Shown in pieces: positions 1-8,749 of a stretch of DNA of 49,257 nt. The DNA comes from Flavobacteriales bacterium (GTDB lineage: Bacteria; Bacteroidota; Bacteroidia; NS11-12g; UBA955), in the NCBI GenBank assembly GCA_002737625.1, contig NSIB01000002.1, positions 1 through 49,257 of the forward strand. The letters run 5' to 3'. The notes under the pieces were generated by a model. That model searched no databases. It saw only the letters and a program-made list of their open reading frames with translations, and was not told the origin of the DNA. Both the position numbers and the translations under genes were made by a program. Every line of letters starts with the position of its first letter. The stretch's first letter is position 1.

Positions 1-5
1 AATGA

Positions 6-1010
6 TTATTTATTCAACACAAACTCCTTATGGATTGTGCCCTTTGAAGTTGTAACGCTTACCATGTAAACACCAGCAGAATGAGCTGTCATATCGATAG
101 TTTCGTTCACAGCAGCACCCGTCAAAGTTTTGCTGTACAATTTGTTGCCTCTAACATCATAAACAAAAACACTCACTGTTTCTTTCTGTGTCAATCCCAA
201 ATTTAAGTTAATCAAACCTTGAGTTGGGTTAGGATACAAATTCATAGATGCGATGTTTACTTTGTTCAAACCTGAAGTTGTAGCACAAACATCACAGCTA
301 GCCCAACAAACATTATCCAATGTCTTGTTACCAGTCAATTTTACAAAACGATTGGTATTAACACCTGTTGTCTTAACACATGGAGTTCCTGCCGTCATTT
401 TCTCTTCATCTTTCCAGTTGTCAACCTCGAACTTGTACTCGATAGAATCATCAGTCAAAGTCAATGTAGTACTGTAAATTTTATCACCATCAGGATCTGT
501 CATTTTGTTTGCATTTCCAGACCAAGCATTGAAGGTTCCCGTAACAAATACATCTGTAAACGTCTTAGTGTACTGCTTCATGTTACAATTGAAAGTAACT
601 GATTTGCTTGCCACCGTTTTACAAGCAGAACATCTGTTCCAACAAACAGTAGCGATAGTTAAATTTCCGCTCAATTTCACAAAACGATTGGTATAACCAC
701 CTGTTGTCTTCGTACAAGAAGTTCCTGATGTTAAAGCCTCCTCACCCGTCCATCCATCCAAAGTAAATTTGTATTCGATAGAATCCGATTTGATGTTAAA
801 TGTGCCTTCCCAAACACCATCTTTGTTGGCATCCGTTAAAGCATTACATGATCCACACCATCCGTTATAATTACCATTTACAAATACCCCTTTGAAAGCG
901 GTGCCAGTGTAACTGTTCATGTCAACTTTAAAAGTGACATCTTGTGTAGATTGACCTATTGCGCTGAGCGCCAAAAAGCCAATCGATAAAAATGAGTACA
1001 ATTTTTTCAT
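6..1010 (-). CDS. Secreted T9SS cargo protein with two tandem CBM-like Cys-containing modules and a type-A T9SS C-terminal sorting domain
   Basis: ORF 6..1097(-). I chose the internal ATG at 1010 because MKKLYSFLSIGFLALSAIGQ is a signal peptide. Two homologous ~112-aa modules share VTF..M...IEYKF..D.W...TNRFVKL..N.T...VCW..C..C. The C-terminus LYPNPTQGLINL...GVYMVSV... matches the T9SS type-A CTD pattern. Confidence 0.8.
   Translation of the reverse strand: MKKLYSFLSIGFLALSAIGQSTQDVTFKVDMNSYTGTAFKGVFVNGNYNGWCGSCNALTDANKDGVWEGTFNIKSDSIEYKFTLDGWTGEEALTSGTSCTKTTGGYTNRFVKLSGNLTIATVCWNRCSACKTVASKSVTFNCNMKQYTKTFTDVFVTGTFNAWSGNANKMTDPDGDKIYSTTLTLTDDSIEYKFEVDNWKDEEKMTAGTPCVKTTGVNTNRFVKLTGNKTLDNVCWASCDVCATTSGLNKVNIASMNLYPNPTQGLINLNLGLTQKETVSVFVYDVRGNKLYSKTLTGAAVNETIDMTAHSAGVYMVSVTTSKGTIHKEFVLNK
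285..941 (-). repeat. Intragenic tandem duplication: two ~336-bp modules encoding the CBM-like domains
   Basis: Protein residues ~53-159 and ~165-271 align. Identity is still visible at DNA level, e.g. acaaaacgattggtat.aacacctgttgtctt near 343-375 and near 679-710. Confidence 0.75.
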
Positions 1011-1190
1011 TTGAGTATTTTTTAGTTGGTGGGTTCTAGTGGCTAACGCAAAAATTAGTAATTCATTGGTGGTTAATCCCAGTCGAAGCATAAACAAACA
1101 TAAGCAACAAAAGTATTAAACCCAACTCACTAGAGGCTCAATTAGTAAATGCCATTTCAACAAAGCGAGCTAAGAATCCCCCTCTGAAGA

Positions 1191-1198
1191 TAGTTTTG
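1191..1198 (+). promoter_or_regulatory. Candidate Bacteroidota -7 promoter box TAGTTTTG upstream of the GT2 gene
   Basis: Exact match to TAnnTTTG, 13 nt upstream of the ATG at 1212, in the divergent intergenic region. Confidence 0.35.
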
Positions 1199-1211
1199 TA
1201 TCTTCGCTACC

Positions 1212-2030
1212 ATGGAACCCAACGCGGGCATATCGGTGGTAATTATCGCTTACAATGAAGCCAACAAGATTGGTGATTGTATCGATTCGGTGATTGGAAT
1301 TGCCAATGAAATCCTCGTGGTTGATAGTTTTAGCACCGACGATACGCCTATAATAGCCCGCGGCAAAGGCGCCCGAGTAATTCAACATGCCTTTGAAGGC
1401 CATATACAACAAAAGAACTGGGCCAAAGACCAAGCTTCGTTTGATTGGGTTTTAAGCTTGGATGCCGACGAATACTTATCTGCAGAATTACAAGAGCGCC
1501 TCACGTTGGCGATTGCCAATGGCCTCACTTTCGGAAAAGTTAAAGGATATGCTTTCTCGCGCTTAAATCACCTAGCAAATCAGCCCATTCGAGGTTGCGG
1601 GTGGTATCCAGACACCAAATTGCGACTATGGGATCGACGATGTGGTTGTTGGTCGGGCAGAAATCCGCACGACAAGTTTGTTCTAGAGAAAGGTTACGCA
1701 TTGGGCTCGATATCTGGCGACATTTTGCATTTCACGTATGCCGATCTCACCGCCGTTAAGCAACAAGCACTAAAATTTGGCAAAATTGGTGGCCAAGCAC
1801 TAAAACATGAATTCACGAATCATCCTGGCTATTTCATTCAGCGACGAGGCTTAGATTTTTATCTTTTGTTCAAACTCCTTACCGCGGGCTTTGCGCGTTT
1901 TATCCGCAATTACCTACTCAAAGGCGGTTGGAAATTTGGCTACAATGGATTGTTGATCTGCTTCTGGCAAAGCGTAGAAGTATCTTATAAATACGGATTT
2001 GCTTTGTTTGGGAAAGTGAGCAATAAATAA
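1212..2030 (+). CDS. Glycosyltransferase family 2 protein
   Basis: N-terminus [19 protein letters not shown]...[11 protein letters not shown] is the typical GT-A/GT2 nucleotide-sugar binding region. LDADE supplies a DxD-like motif. Confidence 0.8.
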   Translation: MEPNAGISVVIIAYNEANKIGDCIDSVIGIANEILVVDSFSTDDTPIIARGKGARVIQHAFEGHIQQKNWAKDQASFDWVLSLDADEYLSAELQERLTLAIANGLTFGKVKGYAFSRLNHLANQPIRGCGWYPDTKLRLWDRRCGCWSGRNPHDKFVLEKGYALGSISGDILHFTYADLTAVKQQALKFGKIGGQALKHEFTNHPGYFIQRRGLDFYLLFKLLTAGFARFIRNYLLKGGWKFGYNGLLICFWQSVEVSYKYGFALFGKVSNK

Positions 2031-2043
2031 ACTTCCGGAAAAA

Positions 2044-2640
2044 ATGTTGCAATCAAAAATTCATCCCAATTTAAGAGAAGTAGGTTGCGATGAAGCCGGA
2101 AGAGGCTGTTTGGCTGGCCCTGTTGTGGCCGCGGCAGTGATTCTACCCAATGATTTTCACCATCCTTGGCTAAACGATTCCAAGCAAGTTGGCAAATCGC
2201 ATCGAAACGCCCTGCGCGAAGTAATCGAAAAAGAAGCACTTTTTTGGGCCATAGGCGTTTGCAGTCCTGAGGAAATCGACCAAATTAATATATTGAATGC
2301 CAGCATCTTAGCGATGCATAGAGCCATTGAAAAATTGGACACGATTCCAGAATTTATTGCCGTGGATGGCAATCGATTTAAGCCCTATCCCAATATCCCG
2401 CATCAAACAGAAGTGAAAGGCGATGGAAGATTCTTACACATCGCAGCCGCCAGTATACTCGCCAAGACCCATCGTGATGAAATCATGGAAAGACTTCACC
2501 AAGAATTCCCCCATTACGGCTGGAATCAAAACGCGGGCTACCCGACTTTGGCCCATCGCAATGCAATTCGTACGCATGGAATCACTTCACACCACCGCAA
2601 ATCATTTCGATTGCTACCCGAACAACTCAGATTATTTTAA
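2044..2640 (+). CDS. rnhB: Ribonuclease HII
   Basis: The [23 protein letters not shown] motif and 198-aa length are typical of RNase HII. Confidence 0.92.
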   Translation: MLQSKIHPNLREVGCDEAGRGCLAGPVVAAAVILPNDFHHPWLNDSKQVGKSHRNALREVIEKEALFWAIGVCSPEEIDQINILNASILAMHRAIEKLDTIPEFIAVDGNRFKPYPNIPHQTEVKGDGRFLHIAAASILAKTHRDEIMERLHQEFPHYGWNQNAGYPTLAHRNAIRTHGITSHHRKSFRLLPEQLRLF

Positions 2641-2675
2641 CACCCTCTTGTTTAATTGATATTTTTGATTACCTT

Positions 2676-2695
2676 ATTGACGGAAATTTGTCAAT
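2676..2695 (+). terminator. Inverted repeat ATTGAC-N8-GTCAAT followed by a T-run: candidate rnhB terminator or dinB operator
   Basis: Perfect 6-bp arms (2676-2681 and 2690-2695) followed by tttttt. Lies between the rnhB stop (2640) and the dinB ATG (2791). Confidence 0.35.
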
Positions 2696-2790
2696 TTTTT
2701 AATCAAAAAATGAAGCATGCTCTGAGCATTGCTAAATTTTTTAAAATCAATTCACTAATAACCATCGCAGCCCTTCAATATCTCTATATC

Positions 2791-4008
2791 ATGTCATCCC
2801 CTATTATTACCCACATGGACCTCGACTCATTTTTTGTGAGCGTAGAGCGATTGCGCAACACCGCCTTAAACGGAAAACCTGTCATCATTGGGGGAAACAG
2901 CGATCGCGGCGTGGTAGCTAGCTGCAGTTATGAGGTTCGAGCCTTTGGCGTACACAGCGCGATGCCAATGAAGCAAGCCAAACTATTATGTCCGGAAGCC
3001 ATCATCATTCGCGGGGATTCTCAGTTGTATAGCGATTATTCTAAGGATGTTACCGACATCATTGCCGAGTCGGTTCCGCTGTATGAGAAAAGCAGCATCG
3101 ACGAATTTTACATTGACCTCACGGGCATGGACAAATTTTTTGGATCATGGAAGTTGGCGATGGAACTCAAGGATCGCATTTTAAAAGAAACGGGTTTGCC
3201 CATTAGCTTTGGGGTGGCGAGCAATAAAACGGTGAGCAAGGTTGCCACGGGAACGGCCAAGCCGGCAGGACAAAGGAAGGTGGATTACGGCGATGAAAAA
3301 CCTTTCCTTGCACCGCTTTCGGTGAGGAAAATCCCTGGGGTTGGCAACGAAACCTATCGCACACTGAGATCGTTGGGTATTCAATACATAAAAACCTTGC
3401 AAGAAATGCCTATGGAATTGCTATCGAAGACACTTCAAAAACCCGGGATCGACTTATGGAAAAAGGCGCAGGGGATCGATAATCGCAAAGTGGAACCCTA
3501 CCAAGAACGGAAAAGCATTGGCACCGAGCGGACCTTTGAGAGAGACACGATTGATGTCGTTAAGTTGCGTAATCTAATGAGCGCTATGGCCGAAAACTTG
3601 GCATACCAGCTCAGGAAGGGCGATAAAATCTGCGCTTGCATCACGGTAAAGGTGAGATACAGCGACTTCAATACGCACACATTGCAGGCGAAGATTCCTT
3701 ATACCAGTGCAGACCATATCATTATTGCCAAAACCATGGAATTATTTGACCGTTTATATAGTCGACGATTACTGATTCGTTTGGTGGGTGTACGACTTAG
3801 CGATTTGGTAAGCGGCGGTTTTCAGATGAATCTGTTTGAGGATTCCGAAGAGATGGCCAATTTATATCAAGCGATGGATCGCATGAGGAATCGGTTTGGG
3901 AGCCAGGCCGTTCGCAGAGCGAACGGCCTGGACGTAAAAAGCATCGGCCGATCCGACAACCCCTTTGATGGAGGCCCACCCCCATTATTAGCAAATCGCA
4001 GAAGTTAA
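2791..4008 (+). CDS. dinB: DNA polymerase IV (Y-family translesion polymerase)
   Basis: ORF 2656..4008. The ATG at 2791 gives MSSPIITHMDLDSFFVSVE, the canonical Y-family N-terminus. SIDEFYIDLTG and the little-finger region are present. Confidence 0.9.
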   Translation: MSSPIITHMDLDSFFVSVERLRNTALNGKPVIIGGNSDRGVVASCSYEVRAFGVHSAMPMKQAKLLCPEAIIIRGDSQLYSDYSKDVTDIIAESVPLYEKSSIDEFYIDLTGMDKFFGSWKLAMELKDRILKETGLPISFGVASNKTVSKVATGTAKPAGQRKVDYGDEKPFLAPLSVRKIPGVGNETYRTLRSLGIQYIKTLQEMPMELLSKTLQKPGIDLWKKAQGIDNRKVEPYQERKSIGTERTFERDTIDVVKLRNLMSAMAENLAYQLRKGDKICACITVKVRYSDFNTHTLQAKIPYTSADHIIIAKTMELFDRLYSRRLLIRLVGVRLSDLVSGGFQMNLFEDSEEMANLYQAMDRMRNRFGSQAVRRANGLDVKSIGRSDNPFDGGPPPLLANRRS

Positions 4009-4116
4009 TATCACCCTAATTCAGTAAGATTTTTTGCGATTTTTACACCGAATGTACCATACCCTTCCAATTGTGGGTTATTTCCGTTTTATTTGTAAGA
4101 GGTATCATCCAACCCC

Positions 4117-6405
4117 ATGAAACTACGCAACCTTTTCCTCATTATCAGCATTTTAAGTATTCAAGCAGTTACGGCGCAAACCAAACAAGTACTCAAGGCC
4201 CGTGAAAATTTTGCCAATGGAAAATATCCTGAAGCAAGAAAATATTGCATTAGCGGCTTGGAAGACGACAAATCCACCACTGAGCTTTGGTATATCAAGG
4301 CAATCTGTGAGTTTGAAATGTATCAATTGGAAAAATACAGAAAGGAAGAAACCGATTATTTTAAGGAATCCATGAAAAGCGCCGTTAAAGCGATTGGTTA
4401 CGATGATGATCTAGTGCAGTACAAAGTTTACGGAGAACGTTTCAAACCATTGGTGGTCGCAAACAACAAAGAAGCCATCAGTAATTACGGTCAAGGCAGA
4501 TACCCCCGAGCCCTCCAAACGTACAAAACCAGTTATGAGCTTACCGGAGATACCATTGCCTTAGGAATGGCAGGACACTGTTATTTTTTGATGAAGCAAA
4601 ACCTGGATGCTGTAAAAACGCTGAGAAAAGTTGCCACCATGAACTATGGTGCCAATGCCGAAAACAAGCATAAGAAAACTTTTGTGCGGGAAGCATTTGA
4701 AGATCTTACCGATTACTATTTGAATGAGGCCAAAATGAAAGACAGCGCCATGTACTATTGCGAAATGGGACTGTCGGTTTTCCCACTCAATGTAAAATTG
4801 TTGGGCTGGGAACGTCAAATGCTGAATCTCGAATTGGCTTCAACTAGAACAAACACAGGCTACAGCGCGATGTATAATCAATGGTTGCAAAAAGCCTTGA
4901 TCTATTTTCCAAGCGATACATTTTACCTACATGAACAAAATAACTTTTACCTCAACCGCATTGGATACCTAACACAGGAAAACGACTGGGCGGAAGCGGA
5001 AATGACTTATCAGGATTTCTTTGAGCGAAAAGCAGATTTGATCGGCAGAAAAGCCAAAAACACCACCGATCCATTCTTATTGAATGATACTAGCCAATTC
5101 ATCACACAGAGTTTAGAGTATTATTTGAGTAACAATGCTCCGGGCGGTACTGTATTTTTCTTCTACAAGTGGTACCCGATGCAATTCAAAAGCGGAGCCA
5201 TCGATGAGAAACGGATGGAAGCCCTGTTGAACAATCCACCCAAGACCATCAGTCACCGATTAATTGGCATGTTGATGGATTACGCTGGCAATAAATATCC
5301 AAAAAATGCCAACCTCAAAAAGCATCGTATGGCCATTTACAATCAATGGATCAAACAACCCATCGCCTATTACGATTGGCAACGCATTATAACATTAAGT
5401 GATTCTGTAGTAAAAGACTTCCCCAAAAACGCCACACTAAAACCCCAACAACAGCAATTGTTGGCGAGAGGTATAGATTCATTAACTAAGCATGGTCAAA
5501 TGGACTTGGCTTGGGGCCTATTCTATCGACTTCAGAAAGAGAATCCCAAATTCGCTGCGTTAAATAAACTTCAAATCAATTTGACAAAAACAGATTTTGA
5601 AAAACGTTTCAAAGGAAGCAAAATCGCCTATTCTAAAGTCAAAGGAAAACAGGTTTCAAATACCGGATGGTCAGGCGTAGTTAAAACTTGTACCCCTGGA
5701 ACATTGCCAGACAGTACAAACCAAAAAATTACCAATCGTATCAATTACTTCAGGCAGAATGCGGGAATTCCCACAGCAGTGAGATTGGATGAGGATAAGC
5801 AAATTGCTTGTTTGGCCGCAGCTACCATGTACGCCCCCATTGGCGTGTTCAGCCGCGAACCCAAACCCGAAACACACAAGTGCTTTTCTCAGCCTGCTGC
5901 AGATGCAGCAGCCTATGGACAAGCCATTTTGGAATCCAATCCAGCGCAAAGTGTAACTGTGCTCATGAGCGACAATAAAAGTGATGAGATGTACAATCGT
6001 TGCCTCATCACCCACCCGGGATTAACAAACTACGGCTATGGTTGCGCCGACAACAATTCGGTTTTTTGGATGGCTGATAAATCTCTGCTAAAAATAGATT
6101 CAGTTTATTACAAAGAGCATTTTATAACATGGCCCGCTGCAGGTGCGGCACCAACCATGCTCATTTTCGATAAATGGAGTTTCTCGATTTTACAACCGCT
6201 CACAGATGCTACTGTATCAATGACATCCACCAAACAAGGAAAAGTGGAATGTGATGTGCGCGTGGAGGCCGGAAATGGACTTGGTTTGCCAACCTTAGTA
6301 ATCATTCCACTCGGCATGCCAAAATGGGAAACTGGAGATGTAATTAAAACAACAGTTACCCTAAAAAATAAAAAAGTTTATACCTATTCAACTGAGTTGT
6401 TCTAA
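4117..6405 (+). CDS. Secreted hypothetical protein: helical/TPR-like N-terminal ~520 aa plus a CAP/SCP/PR-1-like module
   Basis: Signal peptide MKLRNLFLIISILSIQAVTAQ. The segment ITNRINYFRQNAGIP...ACLAAATMYA...YNRCLITHPGLTNYGYGC resembles bacterial CAP-domain motifs. No function recognised for the remainder. Confidence 0.6.
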   Translation: MKLRNLFLIISILSIQAVTAQTKQVLKARENFANGKYPEARKYCISGLEDDKSTTELWYIKAICEFEMYQLEKYRKEETDYFKESMKSAVKAIGYDDDLVQYKVYGERFKPLVVANNKEAISNYGQGRYPRALQTYKTSYELTGDTIALGMAGHCYFLMKQNLDAVKTLRKVATMNYGANAENKHKKTFVREAFEDLTDYYLNEAKMKDSAMYYCEMGLSVFPLNVKLLGWERQMLNLELASTRTNTGYSAMYNQWLQKALIYFPSDTFYLHEQNNFYLNRIGYLTQENDWAEAEMTYQDFFERKADLIGRKAKNTTDPFLLNDTSQFITQSLEYYLSNNAPGGTVFFFYKWYPMQFKSGAIDEKRMEALLNNPPKTISHRLIGMLMDYAGNKYPKNANLKKHRMAIYNQWIKQPIAYYDWQRIITLSDSVVKDFPKNATLKPQQQQLLARGIDSLTKHGQMDLAWGLFYRLQKENPKFAALNKLQINLTKTDFEKRFKGSKIAYSKVKGKQVSNTGWSGVVKTCTPGTLPDSTNQKITNRINYFRQNAGIPTAVRLDEDKQIACLAAATMYAPIGVFSREPKPETHKCFSQPAADAAAYGQAILESNPAQSVTVLMSDNKSDEMYNRCLITHPGLTNYGYGCADNNSVFWMADKSLLKIDSVYYKEHFITWPAAGAAPTMLIFDKWSFSILQPLTDATVSMTSTKQGKVECDVRVEAGNGLGLPTLVIIPLGMPKWETGDVIKTTVTLKNKKVYTYSTELF

Positions 6406-6428
6406 TTGCTTTATTCCTATTATTTCAT

Positions 6429-6436
6429 TACCTTTG
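6429..6436 (+). promoter_or_regulatory. Candidate -7 promoter box TACCTTTG for tRNA-Leu
   Basis: Exact TAnnTTTG match, 24 nt upstream of the mature tRNA 5' end. Confidence 0.45.
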
Positions 6437-6460
6437 CAGTCCTTTTTTAGAATCCTTTCT

Positions 6461-6542
6461 GCACGCGTGGCGTAATTGGTAGCCGCACCAGACTTAGGAT
6501 CTGGCGCCGTAAGGTGTGTGGGTTCGAGTCCCTCCGCGTGCA
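6461..6542 (+). tRNA. tRNA-Leu (anticodon TAG), type II with long variable arm
   Basis: Hand-folded. Acceptor gcacgcg/cgcgtgc plus discriminator A. D-stem gcg/cgc. Anticodon stem ccaga/tctgg with loop cTTAGga (anticodon 6495-6497). 13-nt variable arm. T-arm gtggg-ttcgagt-ccctc with one T.T mismatch. CCA is not encoded. Confidence 0.9.
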
Positions 6543-6547
6543 CTACT

Positions 6548-6594
6548 CCCCTCCAATTGTTGCTATCAAGCAATGTGGCGGGGATTTTCATTTT
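6548..6594 (+). terminator. Candidate intrinsic terminator after tRNA-Leu
   Basis: Imperfect hairpin cccctcca...ttgct-atca-agcaa...tggcgggg, followed by attttcatttt. Confidence 0.5.
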
Positions 6595-6626
6595 ATCACA
6601 TCATCCAATAGAAAAAAAGCAATACT

Positions 6627-8012
6627 GTGAATATTCAACTCGAAAAACACGACGATCTTAACCTTACTGTCATCATCGCACTTGGCAAATCAGATTACCA
6701 AGAAAAGGTAGAAAAAGAAGTAAAACGCATTCAAAAAACCGCAAACATCAAAGGTTTCCGCCTAGGAAAAGCCCCTATGGGTATGGTACAGAAAATGTAT
6801 GGGAAAGGAATTCTAGCCGATGAAATTCAGCGTATGGCCTCCGATGCTATGAACAACTACATCGAAGAAAATAAATTGGATATTCTTGGCTACCCCATTG
6901 CTAGCAATAAAGTAGAGAGCCAGATTGATATCGAAGGCAGCGAAGATTTCACGTTTGCATTTGATTGTGGTTTAGCGCCTCAATTCGAACTCAGTGTTTC
7001 TAAAAAGGATACTTTGGAGCAATTTGACATTACCGTTACGGACAAAGAGGTAACAGACGATATCAATTATTCTAGAAAGCGTCATGGTAAAATGCTAGAT
7101 ATTGAAGCCGCAGAGGAAGAAGATATCATTTACGCCAATGTTAACGAGTTAAATGAAGATGGTACTGTGTTGGATGGCGGACTAACCGATAAAAACATCA
7201 GTTTTGTATCGTCTTTGATCGAAGACAAAAAAGTAAAGGATTCTGTTTTGGGCAAAAAAGTGGGCGACCAGTTCAATGCCGATATCAAAACATTGCTTAA
7301 CAACAATGAAACTGTCATTTCAAATACGTTAGGAATCGCAAAAGAGGGCGTAAACGACCTAAGCAGCAATTTTAGCGTCACCGTAACTGAAATCAAACGC
7401 AGAATCGATGCAGAAATCAACGAGGAATACTATAAAGAAGTATTTGGAGACCTAGAAATCCCAAAAAGCGAAGAAGAATACCGCGAAAAAATCAAAGGAA
7501 ATTTGGAAAACTACTACCGCAATGAATCTGACCTTTGGTTAGACCACCAAATTGGTCACCTATTGATGGGAAAACACGGCATTAATTTGCCAGACGAATT
7601 CTTAAAACGTTGGTTAATTACAACCAAAGAAAATGAATATACATTTGAAAACATCGACGAAAAATACGCGGAAGAAAAAAGCGCATTGCAACGTCGTTTG
7701 GTGATTGATAAAATTGCTGCACAGTCCGACTTAAAGAGTAGCGAAGCAGAAATTCGTGAAGAAGCACGCATTTATTTCCTTGGATTATACCGTCAGTACG
7801 GATTAAATATCCCCATGAACGACGCATTCTTGGACGAAAGCATCAACAAGAAGCTAGCAGAACGCGAATTTGTAATGCAGATGGCGGATCGTGTGATTTA
7901 TCGCAAAGCGTATGATGCAGTAAAAGAATTAATTACCATCAAAGCAAAGAAAATTAGTGTAGAAGATTATTTTAGCCAAGTAAATGCGCATAAATCTGCG
8001 CATGGTGAGTAA
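6627..8012 (+). CDS. tig: Trigger factor
   Basis: GTG start. The N-terminal ribosome-binding motif region KGFRLGKAPMGMVQKMYG and the size and architecture are typical. Sits upstream of clpP-clpX as in many bacteria. Confidence 0.88.
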   Translation: MNIQLEKHDDLNLTVIIALGKSDYQEKVEKEVKRIQKTANIKGFRLGKAPMGMVQKMYGKGILADEIQRMASDAMNNYIEENKLDILGYPIASNKVESQIDIEGSEDFTFAFDCGLAPQFELSVSKKDTLEQFDITVTDKEVTDDINYSRKRHGKMLDIEAAEEEDIIYANVNELNEDGTVLDGGLTDKNISFVSSLIEDKKVKDSVLGKKVGDQFNADIKTLLNNNETVISNTLGIAKEGVNDLSSNFSVTVTEIKRRIDAEINEEYYKEVFGDLEIPKSEEEYREKIKGNLENYYRNESDLWLDHQIGHLLMGKHGINLPDEFLKRWLITTKENEYTFENIDEKYAEEKSALQRRLVIDKIAAQSDLKSSEAEIREEARIYFLGLYRQYGLNIPMNDAFLDESINKKLAEREFVMQMADRVIYRKAYDAVKELITIKAKKISVEDYFSQVNAHKSAHGE

Positions 8013-8050
8013 TCTTTTCTGTATTAGATTTGTTATATAACAACAACAAC

Positions 8051-8743
8051 ATGGACTACGGTAAAGAATTTGAGAAATACGCGACCAAGCACTTGGGAAT
8101 TAGCAGCTTAAAAATGGATAATTACACCAAACTGGTTTCCCAGAGTGGTGGTATCTACGGATTAACTCCAAACATCATCGAAGAACGTCAGATGAACGCA
8201 AGTGTTATTGATATTTTCTCTCGTTTGATGATGGACCGCATTATCTTTTTGGGCGTGCCGATTTACGAAGATGTGGCTAACATCATCATGGGACAGTTGC
8301 TATTCTTAGAAAGTGCAAATCCCAACCGCGACATTCAAATTTATATCAACAGTCCAGGTGGAAGTGTGTACGCTGGCTTAGCGATTTACGATACAATGCA
8401 GTACATCAGTTCTGATGTTGCTACCATTTGTACTGGAATGGCGGCAAGTATGGGTGCTGTTTTGATGTGCGCTGGAGCCAACGGAAAACGTACAGCTCTT
8501 CCCCACTCTCGTATCATGATTCACCAACCTTTGGGTGGAGCGCAAGGACAAGCTTCTGATATTGAGATCACTTACAAAGAAATCAGTAAATTAAAGAAAG
8601 AATTGTACGATATCATCTCAAATCATTCAGGACAGCCTTTTGATAAAGTTGAAAAGGATTCAGATCGTGATTATTGGATGACAGCCGAAGAGTCTAAAGC
8701 TTACGGTATGATAGATGAAGTGCTCGGACGTCGTACCAAATAA
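8051..8743 (+). CDS. clpP: ATP-dependent Clp protease proteolytic subunit
   Basis: ORF from a TTG at 8030; I prefer the ATG at 8051. Contains INSPGGSV, catalytic Ser context GMAASMGA, and IMIHQPLGG. Confidence 0.93.
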   Translation: MDYGKEFEKYATKHLGISSLKMDNYTKLVSQSGGIYGLTPNIIEERQMNASVIDIFSRLMMDRIIFLGVPIYEDVANIIMGQLLFLESANPNRDIQIYINSPGGSVYAGLAIYDTMQYISSDVATICTGMAASMGAVLMCAGANGKRTALPHSRIMIHQPLGGAQGQASDIEITYKEISKLKKELYDIISNHSGQPFDKVEKDSDRDYWMTAEESKAYGMIDEVLGRRTK

Positions 8744-8749
8744 TCTCGC

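Noticed and set aside
2656-2790. N-terminal extensions suggested by the ORF track, here for dinB and likewise at 33543-33623, 44251-44376, 46536-46601, 24446-24487, 29357-29374 and 38622-38630
   Set aside because: Internal ATGs give canonical family N-termini or proper signal peptides. The extensions begin at TTG or GTG, or encode non-conserved hydrophobic or basic junk that overlaps neighbouring genes.
6518-6534. T.T mismatch in the T-stem of tRNA-Leu, suggesting a pseudo-tRNA
   Set aside because: All other stems, the T-loop consensus, the anticodon loop and the long variable arm are intact. It has its own promoter box and terminator, and a single mismatch is tolerable.
6461-6542. tRNA-Leu as a possible integration hotspot marking a genomic island
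   Set aside because: The downstream genes are the core tig-clpP-clpX set. There is no integrase and no duplicated tRNA 3' fragment in the window.
8039-8050. (AAC)4 microsatellite directly upstream of the clpP ATG
   Set aside because: It is too short to be a convincing phase-variation tract, and clpP is an unlikely phase-variable gene. It probably just forms the A/C-rich leader.
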